This document shows positions 1-12,388 of a stretch of 64,000 bases of DNA, one piece after another. Location of the stretch: positions 4,928,001 through 4,992,000 of the forward strand of contig CP170459.1 in NCBI GenBank assembly GCA_047947115.1. Direction: 5' to 3'. A program made the translations under genes and the position numbers. The notes beneath the pieces were generated by a model. The model saw nothing but the letters and a program-made list of their open reading frames with translations, was not told where the DNA came from and ran no database searches. Origin of the DNA: Verrucomicrobiota bacterium. Its GTDB lineage: Bacteria > Verrucomicrobiota > Verrucomicrobiia > Limisphaerales > AAA164-E04. The number at the start of each line of letters is the position of its first letter. The first letter of the stretch is position 1.

Positions 1-1
1 C

Positions 2-1672
2 AAATGGGAACCTTTGAAAGAAATGGACGATCGACTGATCATCCTTCCCGACGCAAACCGCGACGGTATTGCCGACGAGGCCATCACCTTTGCAAAAGTG
101 CACAACCCGACCGGATTTGAATTCTGGAATGGCGGTGTCCTCGTCGCTTCCCAGCCCAATATCCTGTTCTTGAAAGACAATGACGGCGACGATGTGGCCG
201 ATGAAGAAATCGTCTTTCTGGAGGGCATTGGTTCCGCGGACACACATCACGCGGCAAACGCTTTTGTATATGGGCCGGACGGGGGCATCTACTGGCAGAG
301 CGGCATCTTTCTGGTGAACAACATCGAACACCCTTACTCCCCTGCTCTGAACACAGGTTCTTCAGGGATGTTCCGCTTTGACCCACGTCGTTATCACATC
401 AGCTACCACGCCGACAACAGCCCGAATCCACACGGCATCAGCTTCGACAAATGGGGCTATCATTACGCCACCGACGGAACGGGAGGCCGCGCCTACCAGG
501 TGGTTCCGGCTGAAAAAGGTTTCAAAATGCAAAAGCTCCTGGAGATGCAGGTCCGACCTGTGCCTGCCAATGGAGTGATCTCCAGCGAAAACTTCCCCGC
601 CTCCTATCAGGGAGATTTCATGATCGCCAACACCATCGGGTTCCTGGGAATCAAACAGTATGAACTCAACCGTGACGGAGACTCAGGCAACGTCTGGGGC
701 GAGCCACTGGGCGACCTGCTGGCATCCAACGACAAGAACTTCCGCCCAAGCGACATTGAGTTTGGAGAAGACGGTGCTCTTTACATTTCGGACTGGCAAA
801 ACGTGATCATCGGTCACATGCAGCACAACGTTCGTGACCCGAATCGTGACCACAAACATGGACGTGTTTACCGTATGATCTACAAAGATCGTCCACTTCA
901 GGCACCGGTTGAAATCGCCGGAGCTTCATTGGATCAACTGATGAAAAACCTGGAGCACCCTATCGATGGTGTGCGCTACCGCACCCGCATTGAATTAAGC
1001 GGACGCGACACCGGCGAAGTCATCGCCGCAGCCAACCGCTGGATCAAACAATTTGATGCCGACAACGCAGACCATGCACATCATCTGTTGGAAGCACTGT
1101 GGCTGCACCAGCAACACAACGTGCGCAACACGGACCTGCTCACCCAACTGCTGCAGTCTCCGGTTGAGCACGCCCGCAACGCGGCACGCACGGTGCAGCA
1201 CCACTGGTTTGGCATGGAACAAGCTCCTCCGACACTGGTGGCATCAGACGTTCTGGAAACGTCCGGACCAGCTTCCGGGGTGACTTCCAGCTCGGATAAT
1301 CTGGTTGAAGTAACGATTGGAACTGTCCCGGAAAAAATGCAATACGACATCAAATCTTTTGAAGTCAAAGCCGGTGCGAAAGTGAAAGTGACCTTTGTCA
1401 ATCACGATTTCATGCCGCACAACATCGTCTTCTCCCAACCAAAATCCGCCAATGAAATCGGCATGGCAGCCATCCAGATGGCCGCCGACGGATTTGCGAA
1501 GGGATTCATTCCGGACAATGACAAGATCATTGCCCACTCCAAACTGCTTCAAAACAAGCAGCTGGAAGTGCTCGAATTCACGGCACCGAATGAGCCGGGC
1601 GACTACGATTTCCTGTGCACCTTCCCCGGGCATCACTTGCTGATGCGTGGCATCTGGAAAGTGGTGAAGTAG
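2..1672 (+). CDS. PVC-type membrane-bound dehydrogenase-like beta-propeller protein with HEAT-like region and C-terminal azurin/auracyanin-type cupredoxin domain (5' truncated by window)
   Basis: Frame is open from position 2. Propeller motifs [63 protein letters not shown]-terminal type-1 copper ligands PHN...CTFPGH..LM. Confidence 0.85.
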   Translation, partial: KWEPLKEMDDRLIILPDANRDGIADEAITFAKVHNPTGFEFWNGGVLVASQPNILFLKDNDGDDVADEEIVFLEGIGSADTHHAANAFVYGPDGGIYWQSGIFLVNNIEHPYSPALNTGSSGMFRFDPRRYHISYHADNSPNPHGISFDKWGYHYATDGTGGRAYQVVPAEKGFKMQKLLEMQVRPVPANGVISSENFPASYQGDFMIANTIGFLGIKQYELNRDGDSGNVWGEPLGDLLASNDKNFRPSDIEFGEDGALYISDWQNVIIGHMQHNVRDPNRDHKHGRVYRMIYKDRPLQAPVEIAGASLDQLMKNLEHPIDGVRYRTRIELSGRDTGEVIAAANRWIKQFDADNADHAHHLLEALWLHQQHNVRNTDLLTQLLQSPVEHARNAARTVQHHWFGMEQAPPTLVASDVLETSGPASGVTSSSDNLVEVTIGTVPEKMQYDIKSFEVKAGAKVKVTFVNHDFMPHNIVFSQPKSANEIGMAAIQMAADGFAKGFIPDNDKIIAHSKLLQNKQLEVLEFTAPNEPGDYDFLCTFPGHHLLMRGIWKVVK

Positions 1673-1695
1673 TCGATTGAAAGATTCCAAAACAG

Positions 1696-1725
1696 AAAAG
1701 CCCCGGAACATTCCGGGGCTTTTTT
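1696..1725 (+). terminator. Rho-independent terminator (probably bidirectional)
   Basis: Perfect inverted repeat AAAAGCCCCGGAA-CA-TTCCGGGGCTTTT with a T-tract, just downstream of the stop at 1672. Confidence 0.9.
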
Positions 1726-1897
1726 ATTCGCTGATGTTTTGCATTGCTTGATACTTGGGTGGGCTGTTAATTTTCCAGTTCGTCACCCGCAACCCAATGC
1801 GCCGAAGCACGCCGTTGTGCGGATTGCCCGCGTGTGAGGGGTGCGTCACTTTTTGCGAGACAAACACAACAATTGAAACGATCAGAAAGGAAATTGC

Positions 1898-2926
<1,029 letters not shown>

Positions 2927-2973
2927 GGGGCTCCCTCTAACGAAGAGAAAATTGTTTTTAAGGAGATAAGAGA

Positions 2974-4119
2974 ATGAGTGACAAAAAACCATTGAACATC
3001 GGATTGGTGGGTTACGGATTTATGGGCCGCACCCACTCCAACGGATACAAGCGCGTCAATGACTTCTTCGGCGATATCGGATACCGTCCGGTGTTGAAAG
3101 CCATCTGTGGCCGCACCGAGGAAAAGGCAAAGGAATTTGCCGCACAATGGGGCTATGAATCCGTAGAAACCGACTGGAAAGCCCTTGTCCAACGCGATGA
3201 CATCGATGCCATCGATATCTGCACACCCAACGACACGCATGCAGAAATCGCCATCGCCGCAGCCGAAGCGGGTAAAATGATCCTCTGTGAAAAACCCCTT
3301 GCACGCACCGCCGAAGAATCACTGCCGATGGTGGAGGCGGTTGAGAAAGCAGGAGTCGCCAACACCGTTTGGTACAACTATCGCCGTATCCCCGCGGTGA
3401 CATTGGCCAAACAGATCATTGATTCAGGCAAGTTGGGCAAAATCTTTCATTACCGCGCGAACTTCCTGCAGGATTGGACCATCAACGCGGATCTGCCGCA
3501 AGGTGGCGCAGCCCTATGGCGTCTGGATGCCCAGGCAGCCGGATCCGGTGTGACGGGCGATTTGTTGGCACATTGTATTGATACGGCCATTTGGTTGAAC
3601 GGTGGCATCAAGGATGTTTCCGCCATGACCGAAACCTTCATCAAGGAGCGCGTTCATCAGGCAACCGGTCAAAAACAGGCCGTAACCATTGATGACGCCT
3701 GCATCTTCCACTGCCATTTTAATAATGGATCACTGGGACTGTTCGAATCCACGCGATACGCACGCGGTCACAAAGCACTCTACACCTTGGAAATTAATGG
3801 TGAAAACGCCTCCATCCGCTGGGATCTTCATGATCTGAACCGCTTGGAATACTTCGATTATTCGGACGAAGGCATCGTCCGAGGTTGGCGCAGCATCCAC
3901 GTCTCCGATGGAGATCAGCCTTACATGGGCAACTGGTGGGTGCCCGGTTTGTGTATCGGATACGAACACACCTTCGTGCACCAGGTCGCGGACTTCCTGC
4001 GCAGTCTGGAGAAAGGCGAACCCTGCGCACCGACCTTCCGAGATGCGCTCGAAACGGCCAAGGTATGTGACGCCGTTTTGAATTCAGCCAAGAACAGAAA
4101 ATGGGAAGAAATCTCCTGA
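2974..4119 (+). CDS. Gfo/Idh/MocA family oxidoreductase
   Basis: [11 protein letters not shown]ossmann motif, [29 protein letters not shown]. Confidence 0.95.
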   Translation: MSDKKPLNIGLVGYGFMGRTHSNGYKRVNDFFGDIGYRPVLKAICGRTEEKAKEFAAQWGYESVETDWKALVQRDDIDAIDICTPNDTHAEIAIAAAEAGKMILCEKPLARTAEESLPMVEAVEKAGVANTVWYNYRRIPAVTLAKQIIDSGKLGKIFHYRANFLQDWTINADLPQGGAALWRLDAQAAGSGVTGDLLAHCIDTAIWLNGGIKDVSAMTETFIKERVHQATGQKQAVTIDDACIFHCHFNNGSLGLFESTRYARGHKALYTLEINGENASIRWDLHDLNRLEYFDYSDEGIVRGWRSIHVSDGDQPYMGNWWVPGLCIGYEHTFVHQVADFLRSLEKGEPCAPTFRDALETAKVCDAVLNSAKNRKWEEIS

Positions 4120-4162
4120 ACTTTGAATAGTTGACGCAACAAGCCGTCTATTAAACTCATAG

Positions 4163-4621
4163 ATGCGTATGATAAAAACAATCCAAGTTACCATGGCAAC
4201 CGCAGCCATGCTTTGCGGTCTGAACGCTTATGCAGCGGATGAGGTGGACACGAGCAAATTACCTCCTGCATCCGACAAAAAGATCGATTTCGTCAAAGAC
4301 TTGAAGCCTTTGTTCGAAAAAGCCTGCTTCAGCTGTCACGGCGTCAAACCTCGCGCCAAAGGCAAGTATTTCATGAACAATCGTGAAAAAACCATTGCCG
4401 GCGGCAGCAGTGATGAAAAGGCCATCATCGTTGGAAAGAGCGACAAGAGCCCGTTTGTGCACTACATCGCCGATCTGGTGGAAGAAATGGAAATGCCCCC
4501 GCTCGACAAGCGCGACAAATACGCCAAGCTGACCAAAGAACAAGTCGGCCTGGTACGCGCATGGATCGACCAAGGCGCAAAATGGCCTGAAGGCGTTGAA
4601 TTGGAAGCAGTCGAGGACTGA
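4163..4621 (+). CDS. Secreted stand-alone planctomycete-type cytochrome c
   Basis: Signal peptide (AYA-A), IDFVKDLKPLFEKACFSCHG heme motif, MPP, WIDQGAKWP. Confidence 0.9.
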   Translation: MRMIKTIQVTMATAAMLCGLNAYAADEVDTSKLPPASDKKIDFVKDLKPLFEKACFSCHGVKPRAKGKYFMNNREKTIAGGSSDEKAIIVGKSDKSPFVHYIADLVEEMEMPPLDKRDKYAKLTKEQVGLVRAWIDQGAKWPEGVELEAVED

Positions 4622-4659
4622 CAACCCTACTTGACTTCCCCCCTAAAAACTCTCTGATC

Positions 4660-4690
4660 AGAGCCACCCCAATTACGGGGTGGCTCTTTT
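4660..4690. terminator. Rho-independent terminator between convergent genes
   Basis: AGAGCCACCCC-AATTAC-GGGGTGGCTCT followed by Ts. Confidence 0.85.
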
Positions 4691-4886
4691 CATTGCAAAG
4701 ACGGTTCGCTCGAATTCAAAACACCAAAGGTATCATTTCTGACGCCACAAGAACGCCATTGACCATGGAAGAAGACGTGACCAGCGGGCACAAACTGAAG
4801 TTTTTTCAAGTGAATGAGATTTTGCCGGATTTGGAAATCTTCATTCGATGCTCCCTCAGGCAACAGTTTCCATTCGACTCGAGAAA

Positions 4887-5909
4887 TCAGTGATCCCATT
4901 TCCCCCCGGACTTATCCCAATTCAAATACCCGGCATCATGGAACCATTGAATTTCATCGACAAGTGATTCCCTTAATGGTCGAAACCGGATCCCCAGTTC
5001 GTTCACGGCTTTAGCGTTATCGAACAACATGGGTGAAGCTGCCAATCGCACTCCCGTGATCGGAGCAGCCGGTGGTTTGCCTGTGATGTTTGCCCATGTT
5101 TCACTAAAATAACTAAAACCGAGCGCCAACCAATAGGGCACTTGTTTCTTGGGCATGGGACGCCCGGTGATCCCCTCCAGTTCCTTCAGCAACACACTCA
5201 GGTTCAGATTCGTACCTCCAAGAATATAACGCTCCCCTACTTTCCCCCTTTCATCCGCTGCAACATGGCCTGCCGCCACATCACGGGCGTCGACCATGTT
5301 CATGTGGGTTTCCAGATAGGCCCCGTATTTCCCGTTTAAATACCCCAACAACATGCGTGAAGGCGGCGTCAGCGTTGCGTCTCCTGGTCCTATGGGAACG
5401 GTTGGATTCACCACCACCACAGGCAGTCCCCGTGCTGCGGCATCCAGGGCTTCCTGTTCGGCGAGGAATTTGGCCCGACAGTAATCACCAGGCATGTCTT
5501 CAATCGTCAATTGAACCGTCTCGTCGGTGGGCTCATCCCCCCCTTTTCGACGAAAGCTTTTGAGTATGGATTCGGTGGAACAGTGCACGATACGCTCCAC
5601 CCCCGCTCGCTCAGCTTCTTGAAATACATGCCGGGCACCCATTTGATTCACTGCATAAAAATCACTCTTGCGATGCGCCCATAAGCCCGCCTTTGCAGCC
5701 AAATGAAACACACGCGAAACTCCCTTCATAGCTGAACGCACGGCAGCTTGTTCGGTGATGTTTCCCAAAAGATATTCCACTTCGGCGCACGGTCTGGCTG
5801 GTTTCTGCAGATCCAACACACGCACCCGATCACCGCGCCGCCGAAGAGCGTCCACAACATGTTGCCCGATGAATCCGGCCCCGCCTGTCACCAAGGAGAT
5901 GTCACTCAT
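4887..5909 (-). CDS. NAD-dependent epimerase/dehydratase (HpnA/dihydroflavonol-reductase-like extended SDR)
   Basis: LVTGGAGFIG, VFHLAA, YCRAK catalytic YxxxK, VNPTVPIGPGD. Start placed at ATG 5909, which has an AGGAG RBS and overlaps the upstream stop. Confidence 0.88.
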   Translation of the reverse strand: MSDISLVTGGAGFIGQHVVDALRRRGDRVRVLDLQKPARPCAEVEYLLGNITEQAAVRSAMKGVSRVFHLAAKAGLWAHRKSDFYAVNQMGARHVFQEAERAGVERIVHCSTESILKSFRRKGGDEPTDETVQLTIEDMPGDYCRAKFLAEQEALDAAARGLPVVVVNPTVPIGPGDATLTPPSRMLLGYLNGKYGAYLETHMNMVDARDVAAGHVAADERGKVGERYILGGTNLNLSVLLKELEGITGRPMPKKQVPYWLALGFSYFSETWANITGKPPAAPITGVRLAASPMLFDNAKAVNELGIRFRPLRESLVDEIQWFHDAGYLNWDKSGGKWDH

Positions 5910-7050
5910 CGCCATCTCCTTTGCCAATTGTCGGAACCGCATAGTTCCACCGCTCCACAAAACGGCCCCAGTGTTTTTGAACCAGATCAACTGTATCGCG
6001 CGAATACTCGTAACGGTTCTTTTGATAACGCTTCACCGAATCCAGATAAGCCAGAAAATGGGGTTTGTCCTGTTCAAAATCACCCAAATCTATTTGATCA
6101 TAGATCTGTTCAAGCGCCTGCATGGGTTGCTGGTCAAGCATGTCGTAACCCAGTTCAATGAACTGCCCCGAAGGCAGGTCCGCCGTTTCGCTCACCAAAC
6201 GATCCATGATCTTGGGATAATGCTCCAGGACCAGGTTTGGAATGGACAGATGATCGTAAGGTTGAAACGCCAGCTCTCGAAAGAGATTCCGGTAAAAATT
6301 CATCATCGATTCAAAAACTCTGAATGGGTTCCGATGAATGTGAATGAATTTGGCATCCGGATACATCTCCCGCAAAAGGGCCACTCGTGCGGTATAGACC
6401 GGGTTCTTGACCAGAATCGCCTTGCCTTCATTGAGCAAGGAAAGCTTGTTCATGAAATACAGGAATGCCTTCTTCCACCGAGCCACCTCAGTCGAATTAT
6501 CCCGATCGAAGTAAACACCCTGATTGAAATACGAGCGAAAGTGTTTAGGAAAATAGAGGCCGTGGTAGAATGACACATCGATCATGTTCGCCAGTGCAAT
6601 CTCGTCCTCTTGTGGCGAATCATGCTGCACGGGGACATTATCGATAAACCTCTCAGACGGCAGGGTCTTGATCAGCCAGGGCTCCAGCCAACGCCCCAAC
6701 AACAACATATTCCATGGAATACCGGTTGCGATGGGCGGGAGATAACCGAAGGAAGGAGATTTTGACAGAATGTTGTAGAGATGGGTGGTTCCGCTTCGCC
6801 AATGCCCCAGAATGAAAATCGGAGGTGCCGAAGGACGTCTTTCAGGCAATATGGAATCCACATAAACCCTTTCCATCCAATTAAATGGCAAGCGAGCCAA
6901 AGCAGAACACAGGATCATGCCCATATCGCCTATGCGATCCAACTGAATACCACCACTGCGACGAAACACACTCCACAGGGTTTTGACATCCGCTCCACAA
7001 AGTGGATGGGTCGCAAGGGTCCGATGTTTGACTTTCTTCTGATGCTCCAC
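5902..7050 (-). CDS. PAPS-dependent sulfotransferase (Sulfotransfer_3-like)
   Basis: PIFILGHWRSGTTHL 5'-PSB loop, KNP, FIHIHRNP..V..S 3'-PB motif. Confidence 0.9.
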   Translation of the reverse strand: MEHQKKVKHRTLATHPLCGADVKTLWSVFRRSGGIQLDRIGDMGMILCSALARLPFNWMERVYVDSILPERRPSAPPIFILGHWRSGTTHLYNILSKSPSFGYLPPIATGIPWNMLLLGRWLEPWLIKTLPSERFIDNVPVQHDSPQEDEIALANMIDVSFYHGLYFPKHFRSYFNQGVYFDRDNSTEVARWKKAFLYFMNKLSLLNEGKAILVKNPVYTARVALLREMYPDAKFIHIHRNPFRVFESMMNFYRNLFRELAFQPYDHLSIPNLVLEHYPKIMDRLVSETADLPSGQFIELGYDMLDQQPMQALEQIYDQIDLGDFEQDKPHFLAYLDSVKRYQKNRYEYSRDTVDLVQKHWGRFVERWNYAVPTIGKGDGDE

Positions 7051-7203
7051 GTGATTCTGACCTGTTGCCCTTCAAAAGAAAGGAAATCTTCCCATTTGAC
7101 AACCGTAATCATTACCGGTTATGCGGGAGATCCACTCAACACCATTATGTGTTTCAGCATAAACCTGCTTGCTCGACACTTCTCAAAGTTTTAATCTCGA
7201 CGC

Positions 7204-8685
7204 ATGGCAAAGGTTTTGTTGGTAGACGATGAAGTTACCATGGTTCAATTGGTAGCCGACTCATTGCGCAGTTGGGGGCATGAAGTGCATCCTTTCTCCA
7301 ATGGTCCGGCAGCCTTGAACGCACTGGAAGATTTACAACCTGAGATCATCATCACCGATTTGTATCTGGACAAGACACGTGCGTTCGGTCTGGATCTGCT
7401 GAAGCACACCAAAAAGAATCTTCCTTCCGCGGTGGTCATTGTGATTACCGGTTTTGGATCGATTGAAACAGCGGTGGAAGCCATGAAGCACGGTGCTTTT
7501 GATTATCTCGAAAAACCCTTCAAACTGGACGAACTCAAATTGAGTGTGGATCGGGCACTGTCCTATAACGAGGCGGTTTCCGAGAACGCCTACCTCCGAA
7601 AGCAACTGAAAAAGAAGTACCAGTTCAGCCAGATCATCGGCACATCTCCAAAAATGCAGGATGTGTTCAAGATGATTGAACGGGTGTCCGACACCGAGAG
7701 CACCGTCCTCATATTGGGAGAAAGCGGCACAGGAAAAGAACTCGTTGCCAAAGCGTTGCATTTCAACAGCCGACGAAGAACCGGCACCTTTATCCCCATC
7801 AATTGTAGTGCCTTGCCGGAAAACCTTCTGGAATCAGAGCTGTTCGGGCACCGAAAAGGTGCTTTCACCGGAGCGTTGCAGGATAAAAAGGGACTTTTCG
7901 AGGAAGCTGATGGAGGAACCATCTTTCTGGATGAAATCGGAACCATGCCCCCCACCCTGCAAAGCAGGCTTCTACGCGTGCTTCAGGAAAAGGAAGTCCG
8001 GCGTGTAGGAGACAACACCCCGGTTCAAGTGAACGTTCGCGTTCTGGCAGCCACCAATGAAGAACTGGAAGAACGCATCAAGCAAGGTGAGTTTCGTGAG
8101 GACCTTTATTACAGGCTCAATGTCATTCCGATTCATCTGCCAGCGTTGCGTGAACGGCTGGATGACATTCCTCTGCTCGTGGCCCATTTCCTGAAAGACA
8201 AAGTCCATCCCCGCACCGGAAAACTCTTTCAGGTCAGTAAAGTCTGCATGGAAGCCTTGGGGGCTCACTCTTGGCCCGGAAATGTGCGCGAACTTCAAAA
8301 CGTCGTCGAACGCGCCTGCGCTCTGAGCGAATCTCATGTTATCCGGCGTCAGGACCTCCCCTCTCATATCGAAAAACTAGTGGAAGCCGACGACACTGGA
8401 GTGGAAACCGGATTCATCGAAAAAGCCGATGAATCGGAAGTTTCACAAAATGTCTTTCCACTCCAGCGGGACAATGAATCCGGCATTTCTGCTGAAGGTC
8501 AGGACCTTGCAGCCATCTCAGCAAATGGTCCTCTCAAACCTTTAAAGCAATTCCTTCGAGATCAGGAAATCGCCTATCTCAATCGCGTCATGACACATAC
8601 AGGAGGCGATAAAGAAGAAGCTTCCAAGATTTTGGAAGTATCTCTCGCGACCCTTTACCGCAAATTGTCCGAAGAGGAAAACTAG
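7204..8685 (+). CDS. Sigma-54-dependent NtrC-family response regulator (REC-AAA+-Fis HTH), no adjacent kinase
   Basis: LLVDDE receiver, GESGTGKE Walker A, ESELFGH..GAFTGA, FLDEIG, WPGNVREL, C-terminal ATLYRKL. Confidence 0.96.
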   Translation: MAKVLLVDDEVTMVQLVADSLRSWGHEVHPFSNGPAALNALEDLQPEIIITDLYLDKTRAFGLDLLKHTKKNLPSAVVIVITGFGSIETAVEAMKHGAFDYLEKPFKLDELKLSVDRALSYNEAVSENAYLRKQLKKKYQFSQIIGTSPKMQDVFKMIERVSDTESTVLILGESGTGKELVAKALHFNSRRRTGTFIPINCSALPENLLESELFGHRKGAFTGALQDKKGLFEEADGGTIFLDEIGTMPPTLQSRLLRVLQEKEVRRVGDNTPVQVNVRVLAATNEELEERIKQGEFREDLYYRLNVIPIHLPALRERLDDIPLLVAHFLKDKVHPRTGKLFQVSKVCMEALGAHSWPGNVRELQNVVERACALSESHVIRRQDLPSHIEKLVEADDTGVETGFIEKADESEVSQNVFPLQRDNESGISAEGQDLAAISANGPLKPLKQFLRDQEIAYLNRVMTHTGGDKEEASKILEVSLATLYRKLSEEEN

Positions 8686-8742
8686 GAAACGGGTCGATCA
8701 CCATGTTCGCATGCCCGATCATTCTGCTTGCTTTCATGCGCC

Positions 8743-11295
8743 ATGACATCATTCAACATAGCGTCACAACTAGATTCACAACTGTCCCTCAACCAGGTGA
8801 CCATCCCCGACCTGTGGCAACAGGACGCAGTAACAGCACTGCGTGAAGGCAAGGATGTTGTGGTGCACGCCCCAACCGGCGCCGGAAAAACACTCATTTT
8901 CGAACTTTGGTCCAACCAAGGAAAACTCAAAAAGGGCCAGGCCATTTACACCGTTCCCACCAGAGCCCTGGCCAACGACAAATTGGCTGAGTGGCGATCG
9001 AAAGGCTGGAATGTCGGCATAGCGACAGGTGATTTGTCGGAAAACCTTGAAGCCCCCATTCTCGTCGCCACACTTGAAACTCAGAAAAACCGACTTATCC
9101 GGGGAGACGGCCCCAAATTGCTGGTAGTTGATGAATACCAGATGCTGGGAGATCAGGATAGAGGACTGAACTACGAACTCGCACTTGCCCTGGCCCCCCA
9201 GCAGACGCAATTGCTTTTGCTCAGCGGCAGCGTCGCCAATCCCCTGCAAATTGTCGATTGGCTGAAAAGACTGAAGCGCGACGCCATCCTGGTCGAGCAT
9301 CATGTGCGCCCGGTCCCGTTGGAAGAAGTGGCCCCCATGCACCTGGGCTATCATGTCCCAAAGACCATCCGATCTTTCTGGGGAAAGTTCTTGGCCAAAA
9401 GCTTGGCCGAAGGACTGGGCCCTGTCTTGATGTTTGCGCCACGTCGTAAAGCAGCCGAAAAGCTCGCGATCGAACTGGCCACGCAGCTTCCCACCCCCAA
9501 CCCCCTCACATTAACCGAAGACCAGAAACATCTAGTAGGCGATCGAATGGCCAAATTGCTCTCCAACCGAATCGCCTATCACCACAGCGGACTCAGTTAC
9601 GCAGCCAGGGCCGGAGTGATCGAACCCCTGGCCAAAGCGGGGCAATTGAGAGTGGTGGTAGCCACCATGGGCCTGGCGGCGGGCATTAATTTTTCCCTGA
9701 GAAGCGTCGTCCTGGTAGATGATTCCTACCGGCGCGATTACCAGGAATTCCCCATCCAACCAGACGAAATACTTCAAATGTTCGGTCGAGCCGGCCGCCG
9801 AGGGATCGATGAAATCGGTTTCGTACTGGTAGGGGGTAATTCAGTCAGACTCAGAGACGCCCACTCGGCAAAACTGACCCGGAGCGGCATGGTGGACTGG
9901 AATGCACTCCTCACAATCATGCATGCAGCATCACTTCAGGGCAAAGATCCTTATGCCGAAGCAGTGCGTGTACAAGAACGCCTTTTCACCACCAAACCCA
10001 TTTTTCTTGGCGTGGAAAACGCCATGAAACATCCCGATACACCCTGCAACCTGGGGACCGATGCCGAGCGCGCCCGTTACGTTAACAAGAAAATCCGGCA
10101 AATTCTCAACAGCGAAGGTGAATGGGATTATGATCCCACTGTTCAAGAAGTTCCCCTGGAAAACATCCTCGTCCCGATCTACCAAACTGCTCAGGGCGAA
10201 CTCGTGAAATGGTGGAAACTGAAGGAACCCGCCAAGAAGATGGATGGATGGAAACTGGCGCATCTCCAACCCGCCATGACGGTTCAGGAATTGGTCGGCG
10301 AAATTGGCCATGGCCGCCCATGTGTGCTCGATGATTCCGGAAAATGGAAAATCTATGGAAAAGCCCTCACTGTGGCGGATCGATTGCACAATGGAAAAAT
10401 CATCCTGACCAAATGGGTTCGCCGACTGACAGCTTGGAGGGGGCGCCAGATCTCCGACGGACAATGGCAGCAACGTATCCAGCCACTCATCCGAAAACGC
10501 ATGGCCCAGAAAGGAGTGGATGTCGTGCGGTTCATGGAACAGGAACACGCCATTACTGTCCACCTGAACTACGGCAAACAATCACTGAACGTGCCTGTCG
10601 ACCGACATGGAGTCCCACTTTGGAGCGCCGCCGTACGCAAAGTGGCCCCATCAGCCTGTATCGAATGTTCCTTGGTAGAGACATGCCGCTCACTTTCCGC
10701 CAAGACGGGTACGGCGATGCTTTGGAGACGTCTCCACCTGATTGATGCCCAGGGCGTGCCCACCCGTAGAGGACGCATCGTCAGCTTCTATACACATGGC
10801 GATGGACTGGCTATTGCCGCCGCGCTCGAAGACACGAGTTATCCACTGGATGAACTGATTTATGACATTGCCGATCTACACGCAGGACACCGATTCAGCC
10901 GGGATGAACACCGATGGGGAGGCCGTATGGCCATGGTGTGCCACGACGTTTATGGTTTCCAGAACATTCCCGGATACCTCGAAAACGGTATCCCTACGCA
11001 GTACGGTTACGGCGCGGAAACCATCGTAATGGATGTTCACAAGGCCGAACTCAACAAATTCAAATGGGTAACCGACTTCCTGGGAGCTGGTGACATAGAC
11101 CGCATCATCATTGAATGGCGCAGCCTGCTGCGACAAACGGTTCACTCCCCGGCTGTGGAATGGGACCGCTGGCTGGACTTCCAGGAATTGGCTCGAAAAA
11201 CGCTTGATGAAACAGTCTCCCCAACCCTCACGGAACTACCCGAGCTCGAATACAACCAGAAACAACGTGTGGATCACGCATTAAAATTGCGATAA
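8743..11295 (+). CDS. Ski2/HelY-like SF2 DEAD/DEAH-box helicase
   Basis: APTGAGKT, PTRALAN, DEYQ, LSGS, HHSGL, ATMGLAAGIN, QMFGRAGRRG. Start is 8728 (TTG) or 8743 (ATG). Confidence 0.9.
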   Translation: MTSFNIASQLDSQLSLNQVTIPDLWQQDAVTALREGKDVVVHAPTGAGKTLIFELWSNQGKLKKGQAIYTVPTRALANDKLAEWRSKGWNVGIATGDLSENLEAPILVATLETQKNRLIRGDGPKLLVVDEYQMLGDQDRGLNYELALALAPQQTQLLLLSGSVANPLQIVDWLKRLKRDAILVEHHVRPVPLEEVAPMHLGYHVPKTIRSFWGKFLAKSLAEGLGPVLMFAPRRKAAEKLAIELATQLPTPNPLTLTEDQKHLVGDRMAKLLSNRIAYHHSGLSYAARAGVIEPLAKAGQLRVVVATMGLAAGINFSLRSVVLVDDSYRRDYQEFPIQPDEILQMFGRAGRRGIDEIGFVLVGGNSVRLRDAHSAKLTRSGMVDWNALLTIMHAASLQGKDPYAEAVRVQERLFTTKPIFLGVENAMKHPDTPCNLGTDAERARYVNKKIRQILNSEGEWDYDPTVQEVPLENILVPIYQTAQGELVKWWKLKEPAKKMDGWKLAHLQPAMTVQELVGEIGHGRPCVLDDSGKWKIYGKALTVADRLHNGKIILTKWVRRLTAWRGRQISDGQWQQRIQPLIRKRMAQKGVDVVRFMEQEHAITVHLNYGKQSLNVPVDRHGVPLWSAAVRKVAPSACIECSLVETCRSLSAKTGTAMLWRRLHLIDAQGVPTRRGRIVSFYTHGDGLAIAAALEDTSYPLDELIYDIADLHAGHRFSRDEHRWGGRMAMVCHDVYGFQNIPGYLENGIPTQYGYGAETIVMDVHKAELNKFKWVTDFLGAGDIDRIIIEWRSLLRQTVHSPAVEWDRWLDFQELARKTLDETVSPTLTELPELEYNQKQRVDHALKLR

Positions 11296-11373
11296 TTCAC
11301 TCAATGCCATCGGCAACTCGAAATCAATTCAAGGGTGCTGAAGGATATGACGCGATGAATTCAATGAAAGCGC

Positions 11374-11997
11374 TTAACCCAGCAAGCAATCCCCAGCTAC
11401 CAGCTCTACATCATCTTTCCTTGATGAGACAGATGCGAGATGGCGTTTCTTATTGTTGCGGATAGAAACATTGATTTCCATATCCCCTTTTCCCACCGAC
11501 GGGACCGTTCCAGCCATCCCAAACACAGGCAGCAGGTTGTAAATGGTTTCGCTTAAAAACGTGTTCACTCCCTTTTCAATTTCTCCATCCACTTTGCTCA
11601 GTTCGCACAAACGTTTGAGATGATGCTTCAGGGCAATCACGTGATGTTTGATGTGCTCAACATGGGTCAAAGGAGTCCCGCATTGCAGGACGATTTTCGA
11701 ATCGGTTGCACTTGCGTAAGCTTTGATTTCAGCAAGCTTCAGTGATTCGTCCGAACCACTTTCAATCTTTGAAATCGCAGATTGAGTGACACCCATTTTC
11801 TCTGCCAGCTGAGCCTGGGTCATGTTGGCCTGTTTTCTAATTTGAACCAGTGTGTCAGTAACGATGCTCTTTCGCTCCAGCGCTTCCAATTCCGCGCGCT
11901 CTTCTCCTGTAAAATAATTGGATTCGAAAAAGTCTTCGATGTTTTCAAATTCAGCTTCGCAATTTCCGCCTTTAATTTTGTTTGTGGTTCTTTTCAT
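11374..11997 (-). CDS. XRE-family HTH protein, putative antitoxin (HigA-like) with C-terminal extension
   Basis: IRKQANMTQAQLAEKMGVTQSAISKIESG HTH_3 motif. Lies directly downstream of a RelE-like gene. Confidence 0.85.
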   Translation of the reverse strand: MKRTTNKIKGGNCEAEFENIEDFFESNYFTGEERAELEALERKSIVTDTLVQIRKQANMTQAQLAEKMGVTQSAISKIESGSDESLKLAEIKAYASATDSKIVLQCGTPLTHVEHIKHHVIALKHHLKRLCELSKVDGEIEKGVNTFLSETIYNLLPVFGMAGTVPSVGKGDMEINVSIRNNKKRHLASVSSRKDDVELVAGDCLLG

Positions 11998-12015
11998 GTT
12001 TGTAAGCAGAAGCTC

Positions 12016-12372
12016 TTACTTGCGCTTCAATTCTGTTATATGCTTTTTGGATGTTTGAATGTCCTTCTGCTGACTGCGCTTGTCACCAATTGTCAGGAGT
12101 AAAACGGTATTATTCCTTATTCTTATATGAATATATAATCTTGTCTCTGCGAGTGGCCCAAGCCTCTTGTCCGCTGAGGATTGGCCAATGGCCACTATAC
12201 CATTTCCTTCCGGGTGCAAATAGCCAGCCCTAAATGATTTGATGTCCGATAAGCCTTCAATGGCTTTGACGTATCTTTTCAAATTATGAAAAAGAACGGA
12301 TACCTCTCTCGGGTATCGTTTTCGAAAGGATTTTAGTTTCTCTTCAAATCCTTCAACCGGCTTTAATGTCAT
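12016..12372 (-). CDS. Putative RelE/ParE/HigB-superfamily toxin
   Basis: 118-aa basic protein. C-terminal TRLY...VLLLTIGDKRSQQKDI resembles the LLLxGGDKxxQxxDI motif of HigB/Gp49-like addiction toxins. Confidence 0.7.
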   Translation of the reverse strand: MTLKPVEGFEEKLKSFRKRYPREVSVLFHNLKRYVKAIEGLSDIKSFRAGYLHPEGNGIVAIGQSSADKRLGPLAETRLYIHIRIRNNTVLLLTIGDKRSQQKDIQTSKKHITELKRK

Positions 12373-12388
12373 GTGTGAGCCTCAATTC

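Noticed and set aside
4690..4899. Small ORFs in the 4690-4899 and 59424-59624 gaps
   Set aside because: No clear RBS or protein-like features; they overlap the ends of real genes.
5755..6573. 272-aa + strand ORF (and 384-aa ORF 61566-62720)
   Set aside because: Antisense shadows of the sulfotransferase and rseP genes, with no recognisable motifs.
8743..12372. Helicase + TA as a joint defence island
   Set aside because: The genes are convergent, the helicase has host-like composition, and no nuclease, methylase or mobility genes are adjacent.
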